Shown here: positions 34,595 to 46,846 of the stretch, piece after piece
Layout of the letters: each line of letters opens with the position of its first letter
Numbering within the stretch: the stretch's first letter is position 1
Assembly: GCF_001194135.2 (NCBI RefSeq)
Contig: NC_068984.1
Span: forward strand, 113,728,977-113,775,867
DNA length: 46,891 bases
Direction of reading: 5' to 3'
Origin: Octopus bimaculoides
Taxonomy: Eukaryota
The notes under the pieces: generated by a model
The model's input: only the letters and a program-made list of their open reading frames with translations
Databases searched by the model: none
Told to the model about the DNA's origin: nothing
Position numbers and translations under genes: made by a program

Positions 34595-34975
34595 AAAATA
34601 TATCTCTTTGAAAATCAAAAATATCTCTTTGAAAATCAAAAATATCTCTTTGAAAATCAAAGAAAAAGATAATATCTATCGACAACTGCTTCGAAACCTC
34701 CAGCTTCTAAATTCAGACTATAAATTCATATTCATATCACTAGGTTTTGTTAGTAAATGCTTGAAGGAGAATCTGGATAAACTGGGATTTTCAGAAAGAG
34801 AAATCGACTGTCTAATTCGTACATTAGAAATGAAATTTGTGAGTGGAATAGTAAAAATATGCAAGACTTTTCCCATGTTCCAAATGTAAATTTGTCTGTG
34901 TTAACTAGATCCCAAAAATGCAGCCTTGCATCTTTGTTGGAAATGGCTCCCTCTCCAAAGGAAGATCTATAATAA
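34595..34975 (+). mobile_element. RLE-type LINE extreme 3' fragment, copy 4
   Basis: KIKEKDNIYRQLLRNLQLL..DYKF...LGFVSKCLKENL..LGF...SGIVKICKTF; short 3'UTR ending in tataataatt; 21 bp unit triplicated at its 5' edge. Confidence 0.7.
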
Positions 34976-35539
34976 TTAAAAAATAGAAGAGACATACATG
35001 CATACATACATACACACACGCGCATATACAAACACACAGACAAACGTTTTGTGAATACTTCTCACATTCAGCCCGTTAATTTGTTTCAATTCACCATTTA
35101 TACATTGCTTATTGACGCGGCCTTGTGCCGGCAAGAATTACGTGTGTTTGCCAGGTGTTAGAATGTTTATGGGCCTAGAAAGTATGTAATATGCTAAACG
35201 TCGGATTAATAATAAGTTCGCTCAAGGTATAATGTTTAATGTATGTAGTGTCATGATGTTAATGTGATTAACGGATATGTTGCATATTAATGCAACTGAA
35301 ATCATGCAAAATTAAGAATATTTCGTGTAATCATATAAGTGCTGCCTGGTTACCAATAACAGTCAACGGAACAGTAGCTACAAAATGATGGACAGTTAAT
35401 ATGATTCATATTTACTACACAATTTATTACAGGACACGAAGACCTGAACTAAAACACCCACTCAACGTTTTGTTACGCTCCTTGGCACCATAAGTTCACA
35501 TTACGATGAAGTTAATAAAATATGTAGCAGTCTGTTAAT

Positions 35540-35900
35540 ATTGATTTCAAATTTTAGTACGACGCTAGTAATTTCGGGGGAGGGGTAAGTCGATTACATC
35601 GACCTCAGTGTTCAATTGGGTCTTGAATTATCGACCCCGAAAGAATGAAAAGCAACGTCGACCTCGGCGTAATTTGAACTCAAAACGTTAAGACGGACGA
35701 AATGCCCTTAAGCCTATCGCTCATTATGCTAATGATTTTGCCAGCTAACCACCTTAAGTGGTCAAATAATATTGATTTCAAATGTTCGCACAAGTCCAGC
35801 AATTTTCGAAGAAAGGGTAAGTCGATTACATCGACCCAGTGCTCGATTGGTACGTATTCTCTCTACCCCGAAAGCATGAAAAGCAAATATGATCTCGCCG
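35540..35900 (-). mobile_element. Two SINE group A copies (35540-35755; 35780-35900 partial)
   Basis: gtaagtcgattacatcgac...tatcgaccccgaaagaatgaaaagc..cgtcgacctcggc. Confidence 0.85.
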
Positions 35901-37129
35901 CATTAATCAGTCAAATAATATTGATATCAATTTCTAATCATGTCACCTTTTACTTAATCCAGAAAGAAGTATTATTTTTGTTGCTGTTGTCAACTTTATT
36001 TCTTAAGCAGTAGATTTGGTTAAGTACCAATATAAATATCGTTGTATTATTTAGTTAAGTCGCTAAGAAAAAGCCGCTGATGTTCACATGAAGGAAGCCA
36101 GAACAATTATAAAGCTGTATATCTGTATTATAAACAATATAAACGTCATGCTTCAAATAATATACTTATCTGGAATGACCATGATTGTTTTTCGAAAAAT
36201 TGGCCCCTAATCGAGTTGTCTGATTCGTTAATAAATTAGAATATTCTATTGGTAATCTATAAATTAAATTCACATTTGTTTATCTTGTTTTATTTCAATA
36301 TAGAGAGTAAAATATAGTGTGGTTTGTATATGCTTTAAACGGTTCCCGTGACCCTGTCATGATATAATCGTTTCTGCACAAAGCAATAGACAAGTCTCAG
36401 AGCAAATTCCATTGCATCACCTCTTAAAAATAATGCTAGTATATTTCACAGTGTATGAAACATCTACATCTGCTATGTCCCTATACATAATCCGTTTTGC
36501 TTAAGACTGGGGAGCCAGATACACTGTGACCGGTTGTTTCTGTACAGAATCAATGCTTTGTGATATTATCTCGAACTGAGGGTGCGCAATCATGTCAAAA
36601 CACCAGTCATAGACTCAGCTGTGTCATTAAAGCATGGATGATGTCATCACAGATCGTCTAAAGTTTAGATGATCAGTGCCTTTAGATTTTAAAGGTACAA
36701 TCTGTTCTCCGAAGATGAAATTCAACGTCGGAAAGCATATTCACATCCAAGTTTGCTGGAACATGCTAAGAATGGATATTCTTAGCATTTGGTTCTCGCT
36801 GCTTTGCGGGCTCATAATAATTCAAAATCAGTTTGTCAGGTCTTAACACACATCAGCAAATATCTTGTTTCATGAATTCTCAAAGAACAATCGTTCTTGT
36901 TTAGGTTCAGATTTCCAGGCTGCTTCTCTGATTAAGGATGCCAAAACACCGGTGCCTCAGAATCCACCACTTCCCTGTTTGTGTCCTTTCTCTACATACA
37001 TGGTCTAAACCGAGAAGTTCTTCTCTAAAGACGAAAGCATATTCACGTCCAAGTCTTCTGGAACGTGTTAAGAATGAATACACACATCATTGTTATAATT
37101 CTAGGTTTTGCGTGCTCAGTTCGAAAATG

Positions 37130-37760
37130 TTTACTTTTCGTGCTTTATTGCTATCTGTAGTTTAGTTTTCCATTATTCTAAACTAGATCATTTTTTGTTC
37201 AGACAGTAAATATTCTATAATAATTCTTAATTTTAGATAACCCTTATATTTTTGTATTCGTAGGAAAATGCAATCTAAGTGATATATCTCAAATGTAATT
37301 ATTATATTCCTTGTTTTCCTATCTTGATAATTCACTTAGCTTCCAGTTATCGATTTCCATTCCGTATAAAAAGTTATGGCATCTCTTCTGTTCTGGAAAT
37401 ATGTCTATTTTTATGTATATTTTACAATATTTTTATATTTTTGCTAAGGCTTTATATAGCGTAGACAGACAGGTGACAGGTCTCATGTATATGGAGATTT
37501 CTTTATTCAGTCTTAAGTTTTAAAAGAAGTTTTCGCTCCATAAATCATTTTTGTTATATATTTGGTTATTATTGAATATATTTGAATACACTGTTTGCAT
37601 ATTTGTCTGGTATTTTAGCCAATAGTTTGAATGGAACGTTATCATTTTCGTGTGTTTTCCAATTGTTCATATTATGTAGTACCTGCGCTATTCTTTTTAA
37701 TCTTATTTATTTCAACAATTGTGCAGTTGTTTTGCTTTTCGTCTTGAATATTCTCGCCTT
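37130..37760 (-). mobile_element. Heavily decayed R4/Dong-type RT N-terminal fragment, copy 5 (may extend to ~38600)
   Basis: MNNWKT...NYWLK (37615-37670, cf. NWKAPG.D...FWLK), MRPVTCLSTLYKAL (37444-37486, cf. YRPITCL.T.YK), IFPEQKRC (cf. P.EQKGC), WKTKLQ. Confidence 0.6.
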
Positions 37761-39104
37761 TGGCATTCAATTCTCTATCAGTAGGTCTTTCAAAGTCTAC
37801 ACTCGCTAGAGCAGCGTTTTTATTGTCTCTTTATTTCGGAAATACCTTGGAGTTGAAGACGAACTATTTGCTTTGTTCACAGAACTCTTATCGTTTTTAC
37901 AGCCACGAATTATTTTCGATTTAGCGAAGAATTCTTGACGAGAACTTAACAAGCGCTTTCATTTTTCCCGTAGTGCAGAAGAGGCAAATAGACCTCAGTT
38001 TCACAATTCTTGACAAACGTTTCAACTGCAAACGCACGGCATACAATGGTCCAAATCCCGATGGTAACAGAAAAATAATCGATAAAACATTAGCTACACG
38101 AAGACACCATTATCACCAACACACCTTCACTAGCGCCAGACCAACATCCGTGTAAAATTTGTGCAGTTTTTCAACCACATACTGTATTTCTTTTCACCAT
38201 TTTTCTTTGTATCATTTCATTGTTACTTTCATTTAGAATTGGACTATCTTTTATTGTACATCCTTCTCTGTATACATTCTTTCTTAGTTATACGTTTCTT
38301 GCGAGAGAAATTTTTTTAGCCTACTTTGTTTTATTAATAGTGTCTGCTGCATAGGTTCTTAGACACATTCTGGTAATATTGATGTTTGAATCTATTTCCA
38401 GGATGTCTACGACTGCTCAGTTTCCTATTATGATTACCATTTTCTCATTAGAAGCTATATTTGGGTTAACCTATCACTGGTTCTATCGATTTAAATTCTT
38501 TGAATACTTCCATTCTTCGATTTTAGTCATATTCAAATTATCCAACCTTAAAACTTTGTATTGTATAGAATATTTTTCATATTTTCGGAGGAAATATAAA
38601 ATGTTTTGGTACATACCTTTCAATGTTTATCTCGTTTTCTCTTTCCCTCGCTCTTTCTTTTTCTTTCTCTCCCTATCTCTCTCTCTCTGTTTATCTCTCT
38701 ATTTGACTGTCTCCCCCCTCTCTCTCCCTACATACATATATATATGTGTGTATGTATATATGTATCTTTCTATCTATATATGCATATTTTTGCGCTCCTA
38801 CATACTTGTGTATGTATACCTCCAGTGCCAAAATGTACTGTCGTCAAAACAGGCTGAATATCCACTTAGCCGTATCAAATCATTAGCGCCCAAACAACTG
38901 CGTCCAATCACCTCATCCTGTTTCGGTGGTGGACATTAGATTTGAAAGTTGCTGATTAATATTGTTCTAGTTATAGCTTTATTTTAGTCTTTTTTGGTTG
39001 TGATGCCTGTACCTAGTGTACCCATATCAGACGGGTAGTCATGATGGGTATACTAGGCTTTATATATTCTACCCCAGTGTCACTTTAGTGGCATTCACCG
39101 CTCT

Positions 39105-39291
39105 CTTAATAATAATAATAATAGTAATAATAATAATGATAATAATAATAGTTATAATAATAATAATAACATCGGCCAAAAATATTATATACATTTTATA
39201 TATATAATTATCGGAGGTAAAAGGAATGAAGCGAGAGTGCCTTCTAGGAGAGAAGAGTGTGACAATTGTCAGTATGTGTGTATGTGTTTGG

Positions 39292-39343
<52 letters not shown>

Positions 39344-39960
39344 ACGCGCGCGCGTGGTAGCGTGTGTGCGTGTAGTTGTAAGAGTTTTTGGTGTGCGCAT
39401 GTGGTAGCGTACGTGTGTATGTGGTATAAACAGTGTTTGTGTTTGTGCGTGTGTGTGTGCGTGTGCGTGTGTGTGTGTGTGTGATAGGATCTCTGTGCAT
39501 GTGCGTTAATGTGGTTCTGAGAGGTCAGCAGCTGTAGTGACAGGTGTGTGAATGGGTAGATATGGCTTGAGATGTGTGTCTGTATGTGTGTGCTTGCATG
39601 CGTTCATAGATAGAAGGGCCAATAGCGAGTGAGCGAAGGGCCAATAGTCTGCAGGGGTGTAAGAATGGATGAGTGTGGCTGTGTGAATGGGTGTGGTTGT
39701 GTGTATGTGTGTGTGCGTAGACGGAGGAGGAATGTGTATGTGTGTGCACATGTGTATGGGTGCATGTGTGTGTGTCTCTCTCTCTCTGCGTCACTCTGTC
39801 TCTCTTTCACTCTCTCTCGCTGTGTTTATATGTGTGTGCATGTGGGGATGTGTTCGTGTCTATGTGCCTGTGAGTGTGTGTGGAAGTGTATGTACGTGCG
39901 TGTATATGTGTGCATATGCTCACATATGGGACCCATTCTCGTTCCCATAGCGATGCCAGA
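39105..39960. repeat. (AAT)n followed by a long GT-rich degenerate microsatellite field
   Basis: Read directly; source of the HT/VC-repeat ORFs. Confidence 0.93.
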
Positions 39961-39989
39961 GAAATGCTATTAAATCTTTCCTGCGAATG

Positions 39990-40200
39990 TAAAGCAGTTG
40001 AGAGGGAGAACGATGACTGGTAGGCGGAAAATGGTGGAGGTTCCGGGTGTGGAGTCGGGGCGACAGTCAAGGAAGTATTGGAGGGCTAAGAGGCCGTCGT
40101 TGTGGGGATTACAGTGTACAGGGATTTTATGCCCATGGGGAAAAGGAGGCGTGAAGGACCGGAAGAGAAGGAGAAGGAGTTGAAGAGGCGAAAGGCGTGA
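39990..40200 (+). mobile_element. Possible RTE-clade 3' end fragment
   Basis: VERENDDW / RKMVEVPG..SGRQSRKYW resembles the RTE GHVER...GR.M.MEV.G.R.RGRP.K.W pattern; frameshifted. Confidence 0.4.
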
Positions 40201-40219
40201 GATAAATAAATACATATAT

Positions 40220-40608
40220 GTTGTTGTTGTTGGCACTCCGTCGCTTACGACGTTAAAGGTTCCAGTTGATCCGATCAACGGAACAGCCTGCTCGTGAAAT
40301 TAACGTGCAAGTGGCTGAGCACTCCACAGACACGTGTACCTTTAACGTAGTTCTCGGGGATATTCAGCGTGACACAGTGTGACAAGGCTGACCCTTTGAA
40401 CCACAGGCACAACAGAAACAGGAAGTAAGAGTGAGAGAAAGTTGTGGTAGAAGAGTACAGCAGGGTTCGCCACCATCCCCTGCCGGAGCCTCGTGGAGCT
40501 TTAGGTGTTTTCGCTCAATAAACACTCACAATGCCCGGTCTGGGAATCGAAACCGCGATGCTATGACCGCGAGTCCGCTGCCATAACCACTGGGCCATTG
40601 CGCCTCCA
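40220..40608 (-). mobile_element. SINE group C1, full length
   Basis: tRNA-like head ggaggcgcaatggcccagtggtta.ggcagcggactcgc...ggtttcgattccc; unique middle; tail ends CGTCG-taag-CGACG-gagtgc-(CAA)n. Confidence 0.93.
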
Positions 40609-40789
40609 CACATACATACATACATATTACCGTATCTGGCCTATTGCTAAGAATATTACTTTCTATAGTTTCAACGCATCTCTCTTTGCTGGCAGACGCT
40701 ACTCCTACCCTTGAATGCTTGTTTTTGACAGGGCACTTGTCTGTCACGATGTTAACGCCAGCTGCCAACTCTTAATGCTGGAACTCATT

Positions 40790-40925
40790 TTAAATTGAGT
40801 GGATTGCAGTAACGTGAAATTAAGGGTCTTGCTCGCTCAGAGACACAAATTACCTTCCGGTCCGAGAATCGAACATAAGACTTTAAGACCGCAAGTATAA
40901 CACCTTAACATCTAGGTAACACTCC
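40790..40925 (-). mobile_element. SINE group C2-like head and middle fragment
   Basis: aacgtgaaat.aagggtcttgctc...gagaatcgaac...accttaaca.ctaggtaac. Confidence 0.55.
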
Positions 40926-41125
40926 TACACACTAAGGTTATGCCCTCACGCTTAGCTACATGCGTTTATCCCCTGCTAAGGTACATCCTATTTGCTTTCA
41001 CACGTCTTCCTTTTCGTACTAAGCCACATATCTTCGTCTTCACGCTAAGCCTCTTGCCTTCTCATTCATAGTAAGTCACACGCATTTCACTTCATGCTAG
41101 ACCACACCACTTCGCCTTTGCAGGA
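40925..41125 (+). repeat. Degenerate ~25-28 bp minisatellite
   Basis: About 7 recurrences of (c/t)gctaag(c/g)(c/t)aca...cttca. Confidence 0.55.
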
Positions 41126-41984
41126 GGACATGTGCCTCATCTATTGTAAGCTACTGTATGTCATATATTATAGCAGACGTTAACTTATGACGTAGTACGT
41201 TATATTTTTAACTAAGAATGGTTTGGCATCATAAGGGATTAGAAGACAGAGATATAAGCTTACTAGCTAATGGAAATCAAAACTGCCAACATAAACCATA
41301 TTCGACGTAGGCACGACACGACTGTAAGGAGGAATTAATCAACTTGTAAATCAATAAGATATTAAGATGTTATTAACTCTCGGAATTTCCAACTATGATT
41401 TACGTTTAGAGGAATTTTATTTCAAGCATAAATACTAATGAAAGGAACTAATTACCAAACTGAGTCAGTTATTAATCTAAGTGTTCAATAATAGACATAC
41501 ACGCACTATTTTGTAACACACACACACACACATATAAATGTATATATATGCGCAACACTGATATGTATATGTACGTAATTAATATATGTATATATGTATA
41601 TCATATATATGTACACAGACATACATACATATATATGTGTATGAATGGACGGATGGATGGATAAACATAAGATCAGGAGTCATGACAGGTGAATATATAT
41701 TTATTTAACTACGTGACTTCCATAAGGCTACGGTTGTTTCTCAACCTTGTTCATATATCATTAATTACAGTATGGAAGAAATCATGCTTACATGTTTGCG
41801 TTAATGTGTATGTTCAGTATTATTCCATAAAATTGTATATTCACAAATTAATTCTGTCTCATCAGTTCACCGGAACATTATCCTTACACCAACAATTCAA
41901 CTCTATGTACACAAACTTTCCTCTTTAAATACACAATGTCTTGTAGGCTAGAACTGCAGAGCATATATAGTCTTTACTACTCTA

Positions 41985-42178
41985 GGTATAGGCCCAAAAT
42001 TTTGTGGGATGGGGCCAGTCGATTAGATCGACCCCAGTACGCAACTAGTACTTAATTTATCAACCCCGAAAGGATGAAAGGCAAAGTCGACCTCGGCGGA
42101 ATTTGAACTCAGAACGTAGCGGCAGACGAAATAAAGCTAAGCATTTCGACAGCGTGCTAACGATTCTGCCAGCTCGCC
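41985..42178 (-). mobile_element. SINE group A, low divergence
   Basis: gtcgattagatcgaccccag...gaaaggatgaaaggcaaagtcgacctcggcggaatttgaactc...ctaacgattctgccagctcgcc. Confidence 0.93.
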
Positions 42179-42712
42179 TTCTCATGTGCCGTTTTAATAA
42201 GAGGTTTAATGTGAGGAAGATTTGGTAACTATTACTAGCAGGTCAAGCTGTTTCTACTACCCAACGAAAATGTTTCTCAAACCATAGCATAAATTACTCC
42301 AATCCCAGCCGAGCGAAGGAGAAAAATGACACGTAGAGCAAAAGCGCAAATGCTCACATTTTGCTTATTTTTTATCGCATAATTTAAATATTATATCCGC
42401 CGCATTGCATTTGCCACACTCTGTAACAGTACACGTGACAGACGGTTTTGAAGTTGTTAACAATGAAATTCTCATTTCAAACTTCCAGTTTATGTTTAAA
42501 TCTTGTTACAATGTAAATATGAAGCAATATTTGTCTCCATTTTTACATTATTAAGTGGCTTTCATTGCCATCTGATTTCTATACTGAAATGACAAGCTTT
42601 CGAGTCACTAACGTCATCATAATTACACAAAGAAGCAGATTAATGATATCCTATTGTTGCAAAGATAACTAATATCCAATATATTGCACACAAATTTGTA
42701 AATATGTGTGTG

Positions 42713-42723
42713 ATTGTGTGTGT

Positions 42724-42782
<59 letters not shown>
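42713..42782. repeat. (TG)n microsatellite
   Basis: Read directly. Confidence 0.97.
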
Positions 42783-42786
<4 letters not shown>

Positions 42787-42879
42787 TATGTTTGAGCATA
42801 TGTATGAATAAACTTGTGCCTATACAAACGTTCATGCTGAGTATATAAATGCGTTTATATAATATATATGTATGTAGCC

Positions 42880-43210
42880 AGTCGTAAGTAGGAAATTAAG
42901 AAGTCTCCAAGCTGAGTGTCTACTTCTAGACATTGAGGGGTCACGGCTCTAGTATCATGGAGTTGTGAGTGTTGCAGGAAAGAATGCCGGAAGAATATTC
43001 TTCAACCGCCAGAAGACTTGGGGGTGGGAGCAGAACGAGAACCAGATGTATGGATAATATCCATAGTCTCATTTGGTCACACTTGGGAATCCAGCCGGAA
43101 AGTCTAATGATTATTGCTTCAGATAAGACCCTATGGAGGAGGTGCTTCTGGACTCTACCCCCAACAACTCTGCCAGGAATAGCAGGAGAAGATGGATGGA
43201 TGGATGGATA
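42880..43210 (+). mobile_element. RTE-clade (Rex3/Expander-like) LINE 3' end with (GATG)n tail
   Basis: RMPEE...RTRCMDNIHSLIWSHLGIQPESLMIIASDKTLWRRCFWTLPP matches the Rex3-type RPRTRW.D.IS.LAW.RLGI.PEEL..VA..R.VW..LL.LLPP pattern; gatggatggatggatgg at 43191-43207. Confidence 0.75.
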
Positions 43211-43514
43211 GAACCGTCGTCACTCGCGTGCGAGTATCGCTTGGTATCATAAATTGTGCTTTCACTAATACTTGTAGGTGCCTATGTAGTCGCCAGAAGA
43301 CATTGTCACACTCTCGGCTTCCTCACCCTTGACTCAATGGAACATTTGCAGTCAAAGTGTGTGTATATGTGTATGAATTAAAGTACAAATAATAGTTGAT
43401 CGCTTCAATGATATTGTTTGTGTCTTTTTCACGTATATTTTCTTTTGCCTGATGTTGAGAGAAGTATTTAATGACAGTTTCATTTAGTGTGAATATCATA
43501 AATAGGTGTAAGGC

Positions 43515-43695
43515 GGTGAGTGCTTAGCGGCATTTCATCCGTCTTTACATTCTGGGTTCAAATTCTGCCAAGGTCGACTTAGCCTTTCCTCCCCTCGGAG
43601 TCGCTAAAATAAGTACCAGTCGAACTCTGGAATCAATTTAATCAACTTATTCCTTCCCTCGAAATTGCAGGCCTTGTGCCAAAATTTGAAATCAA
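43515..43695 (+). mobile_element. SINE group A with shortened head
   Basis: gcttagcggcatttc..ccgtctttac.ttctgggttcaaattc..ccaaggtcgact..gcctttc...aaataagtaccag. Confidence 0.85.
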
Positions 43696-43876
43696 TTTCA
43701 TAAATAGGTGTAAGTTTTGGAGTGAGTTTTAAACATTTTATGGCAAAGCAAAATTTCAAATGTGCGTTTAGTTAAGTACGTTAAATGTTAATGTGTGCGC
43801 CCCAGCATGGCCGCAGCCTCAAAGCTGAAACATATAAAATAATAAAATACAGCTGAGTATTATCATACATTCCATT

Positions 43877-43930
<54 letters not shown>

Positions 43931-44354
43931 ATATACCACAGTACAGTATATTTTTTATTTCAGTCTGAGTTCGTAAATTCTCTTTCATCTTCAATACACA
44001 GAAATGATTTGGATTTTGAATTTTAAGCAAATTTCCTTTCATGAACGTGTTTGATGTTTTTAAAGCAAAATGCCTATTTCTTCTAGAATTAGATTTTTGT
44101 TTTAATCTTTCAACGACTTTAAAGTGAGTTGTTAACATATGATTAATATTTATAATCCCTTGAGATGAGCATATCCTGGCTTACATTTTGCACAGCTACG
44201 CATATTACTACGTCACAGTTATAAATGCTCGGTTAAGTGCATTCAGAATTTGCTCTTTCTCCTTTTGTGTATATCATTTAATAAAATGATTCGTGGTTCA
44301 CAGCCAATGTTTCATTCCTCTGAGATTTTCAAGTCAAAAGTAGTTTATGGTAAA

Positions 44355-44668
44355 ATGGCTCTCCGTCGGTTACGACGACGAGCATACCAGTTAATTCGAT
44401 CAACCGAACAGCTTGCTCATGAAATTAATGTGCAAGCAGTTGAGCACTCTATAGATACGCGTGCCTTTAACATAGTTCTCTGGAAGATGCAGCGTAACAG
44501 AATATGTTAAGGCTGGCCCTTTGAATTACAAATACAACTCAGTTTTGCCAGCTGAGCGAACTGTAGCAATGTGAAATAAAGTTTCTTGCTCAAGGACACA
44601 ACGTGCCGCAGGGAGTCGAGCTCGTAGCCTTACAGTCATGAGCTAAATACTCTAACCACTAAGACATG
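44355..44668 (-). mobile_element. SINE group C2
   Basis: Head gtggaggcgcatg.cttagtggttagag; gtgtccttgagcaag..actttatttcacattgct; shared C tail with CGTCG/CGACG stem. Confidence 0.85.
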
Positions 44669-44729
44669 CGCCTCCACTAATCTATAACTCGAGAATATCT
44701 AGTAAGATAATGTGAGGTGGACTATTCAA

Positions 44730-45420
44730 AAATATGAGTAACTACAATGAATTACTTTCCAGAAGTGTTTTCAAATTATACCACACTAGACAAGAAACAC
44801 ACCAACCAGATACATACAATACTAATTGTAAGAATATAAAGAGACATATAACTAGAAGTATAATGTGTTATAACCCACCTTTCTATTTAGCCGTTTTAAA
44901 CTGTCTATCGAGACCCTTCTTTCACTTGCTTCGAAAATACTCCACATATTATAGGACTTTTGCTTGAACACTATAACCTTATCTTGCTCCGCTCCGCAAG
45001 ATTTTTCAGAAACCTTGATGTCTTCTAATCTGCTAAAGTGTAACTCAGCTAATAATTGTAACATTAATTTATAACAGTAACAACTTTAACACTATTGAAT
45101 CTAATAACTGTCATTTAGACTATAAATACTTAGACAAATATATAATTTATCTATCAACGCAAAGTTGCTACCAATAATTTGTATTTCTACAACATTTAAA
45201 TTAAGGTTCAACAATCACATACATATATTTAGAACCCATAGAGGGAAAAGGAACATGACTCACGAATTTATTTCAGAGTTGAAAGAGATCAGCAACTCAC
45301 GCTTAAACGGGAAAATAGTATCTAGAACTAAGTTTTAAGAGACCGTGTAGTTATGCTGAAGAAAGCATGGCTATTTGTATTTGCTAACCGTATTTTACTA
45401 AACAAACAAAACGTGAATAT
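44730..45420 (+). mobile_element. Second, more decayed PLE fragment (linker + GIY-YIG region)
   Basis: RHITRSIMCYNPPF...RPFFHLLRKY resembles the PLE linker R.IIWFNPPF...FL.L..KHF; downstream degraded EN C-terminus ILLNKQN. Confidence 0.55.
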
Positions 45421-45799
45421 CCACTTCCTGAAATAAATTACATCACTAACCTTTACATACACAGTACAAAGATTATATCTGAAATATTTACACTTACACA
45501 TTTACTTGGAATTCTTACATGTTTCTCCAGTTTTTATTTTTAACATTTTAACATTCCAACACTCTACATTTTAATTGTCTCTTTTATTATCACCTCTAAT
45601 ACAATAACACTTCAAACTTTATTTTCTTTTGTTGATTTACATTCTGGTAAATAAACCTTACAGTAAGCAGAACAACATTGCCCTTTCTAGAAACTTTTAA
45701 ACACCTTGTTTCCTATGCCTTCAAATTTTACCTGATAATTTTTGACAGTTGATTCCAACAACCGCTCACCTTCTATAATGTTTCCCCTACATTTTATAT

Positions 45800-46080
45800 C
45801 CCAACGCAGTTCTATATTTCATGTATGACTCACCGCATTACTATTCATCATTTACGTTTAACAACTCATTCAGTTATCTTCAGACGTTCTAACATCTCTT
45901 CAGAGTTGCTTTAACACTCTTTTAGGTATTAATTCAGTTGTTACTAACATTTAATTTCCCCTAATATATTAGCCTGAACACTCTGTATCTTTCCATCGCC
46001 CTTTCTTGCGTTTTCACTTCTTTAAGCCAATCAAATATGCTATTTCATATACTGAAGCCTCCACTTGCTTTGAAGTCGGA
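45800..46080 (-). mobile_element. Possible very old RTE 3' fragment
   Basis: RVFRLIY.G...LIPKRVLKQL resembles R.RLRWFGH...PKRVL. Confidence 0.3.
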
Positions 46081-46692
46081 AACATCACTCCTCGGTTTTT
46101 ACAGGTTTTATTTTTTCATATTTCATAGGAGAATACGCCAAAGCTTTATTCATTAGAGATGATTTTTTTTTCACAGTTCACAGCCTAACACGTTAATATT
46201 TCTGAGAGAAATACACCTTCATGTTTCCCCGGTCTTCGCATTTATTATATAGCTCTTATCTGTCTTTCTAGCGTATTTTGAGATTTTGTTTCTCATACAC
46301 ACTCCAATAACTACAATGCGCAAAAGCTTTTTAATTGGTGCCTTTAACTAGACATTTTTTTCTCATTCCACCATTTTACGCATTCTATTTACTGTTGCAA
46401 GACTCTCAAGTTTATTTCCTCTGGCTTAGAGGGTTTATTTTTGTTTTTTTTATTATCCTTCTTATAACATTTTTCTTCTTCTATCAGGTCCCTATTTTAC
46501 ATGTACATGTAAATATATATATTTATATATATATACATATACATATGTGTGTGCGTGTTTGTACGCACGCATGTGTGTGTGTGTGTGCATGTGTGTGTGT
46601 TTACAGATACTGTCTTTGTATTGAAGCATTAAACTAATAACATTTTTCAAACTTTGCTTTTGCTCTAATGTTCCTTGTTTTCTATGCATATA

Positions 46693-46846
46693 TACGCTTC
46701 AGTCATTGGACTGCGGTCATGCTGGTGCACCTCCTCGAAGGCTTTAGTCAAACAACTCGACCCCAGTACTTATTTTTAAGCCTCACACCTATACTATTAA
46801 ATCCTTTTGCTGAACTGCTAAGTTATGGGACGTAAACAAACTAACG

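Noticed and set aside
40535-40608. tRNA genes at SINE heads (also 8043-8110, 30420-30495)
   Set aside because: A/B-box-like heads continue into repeated SINE bodies, with no proper acceptor stem; these are SINE 5' modules.
9431-46689. Many YI-, HT- and VC-repeat ORFs
   Set aside because: Translations of (TA)n, (CA)n and (TG)n tracts.
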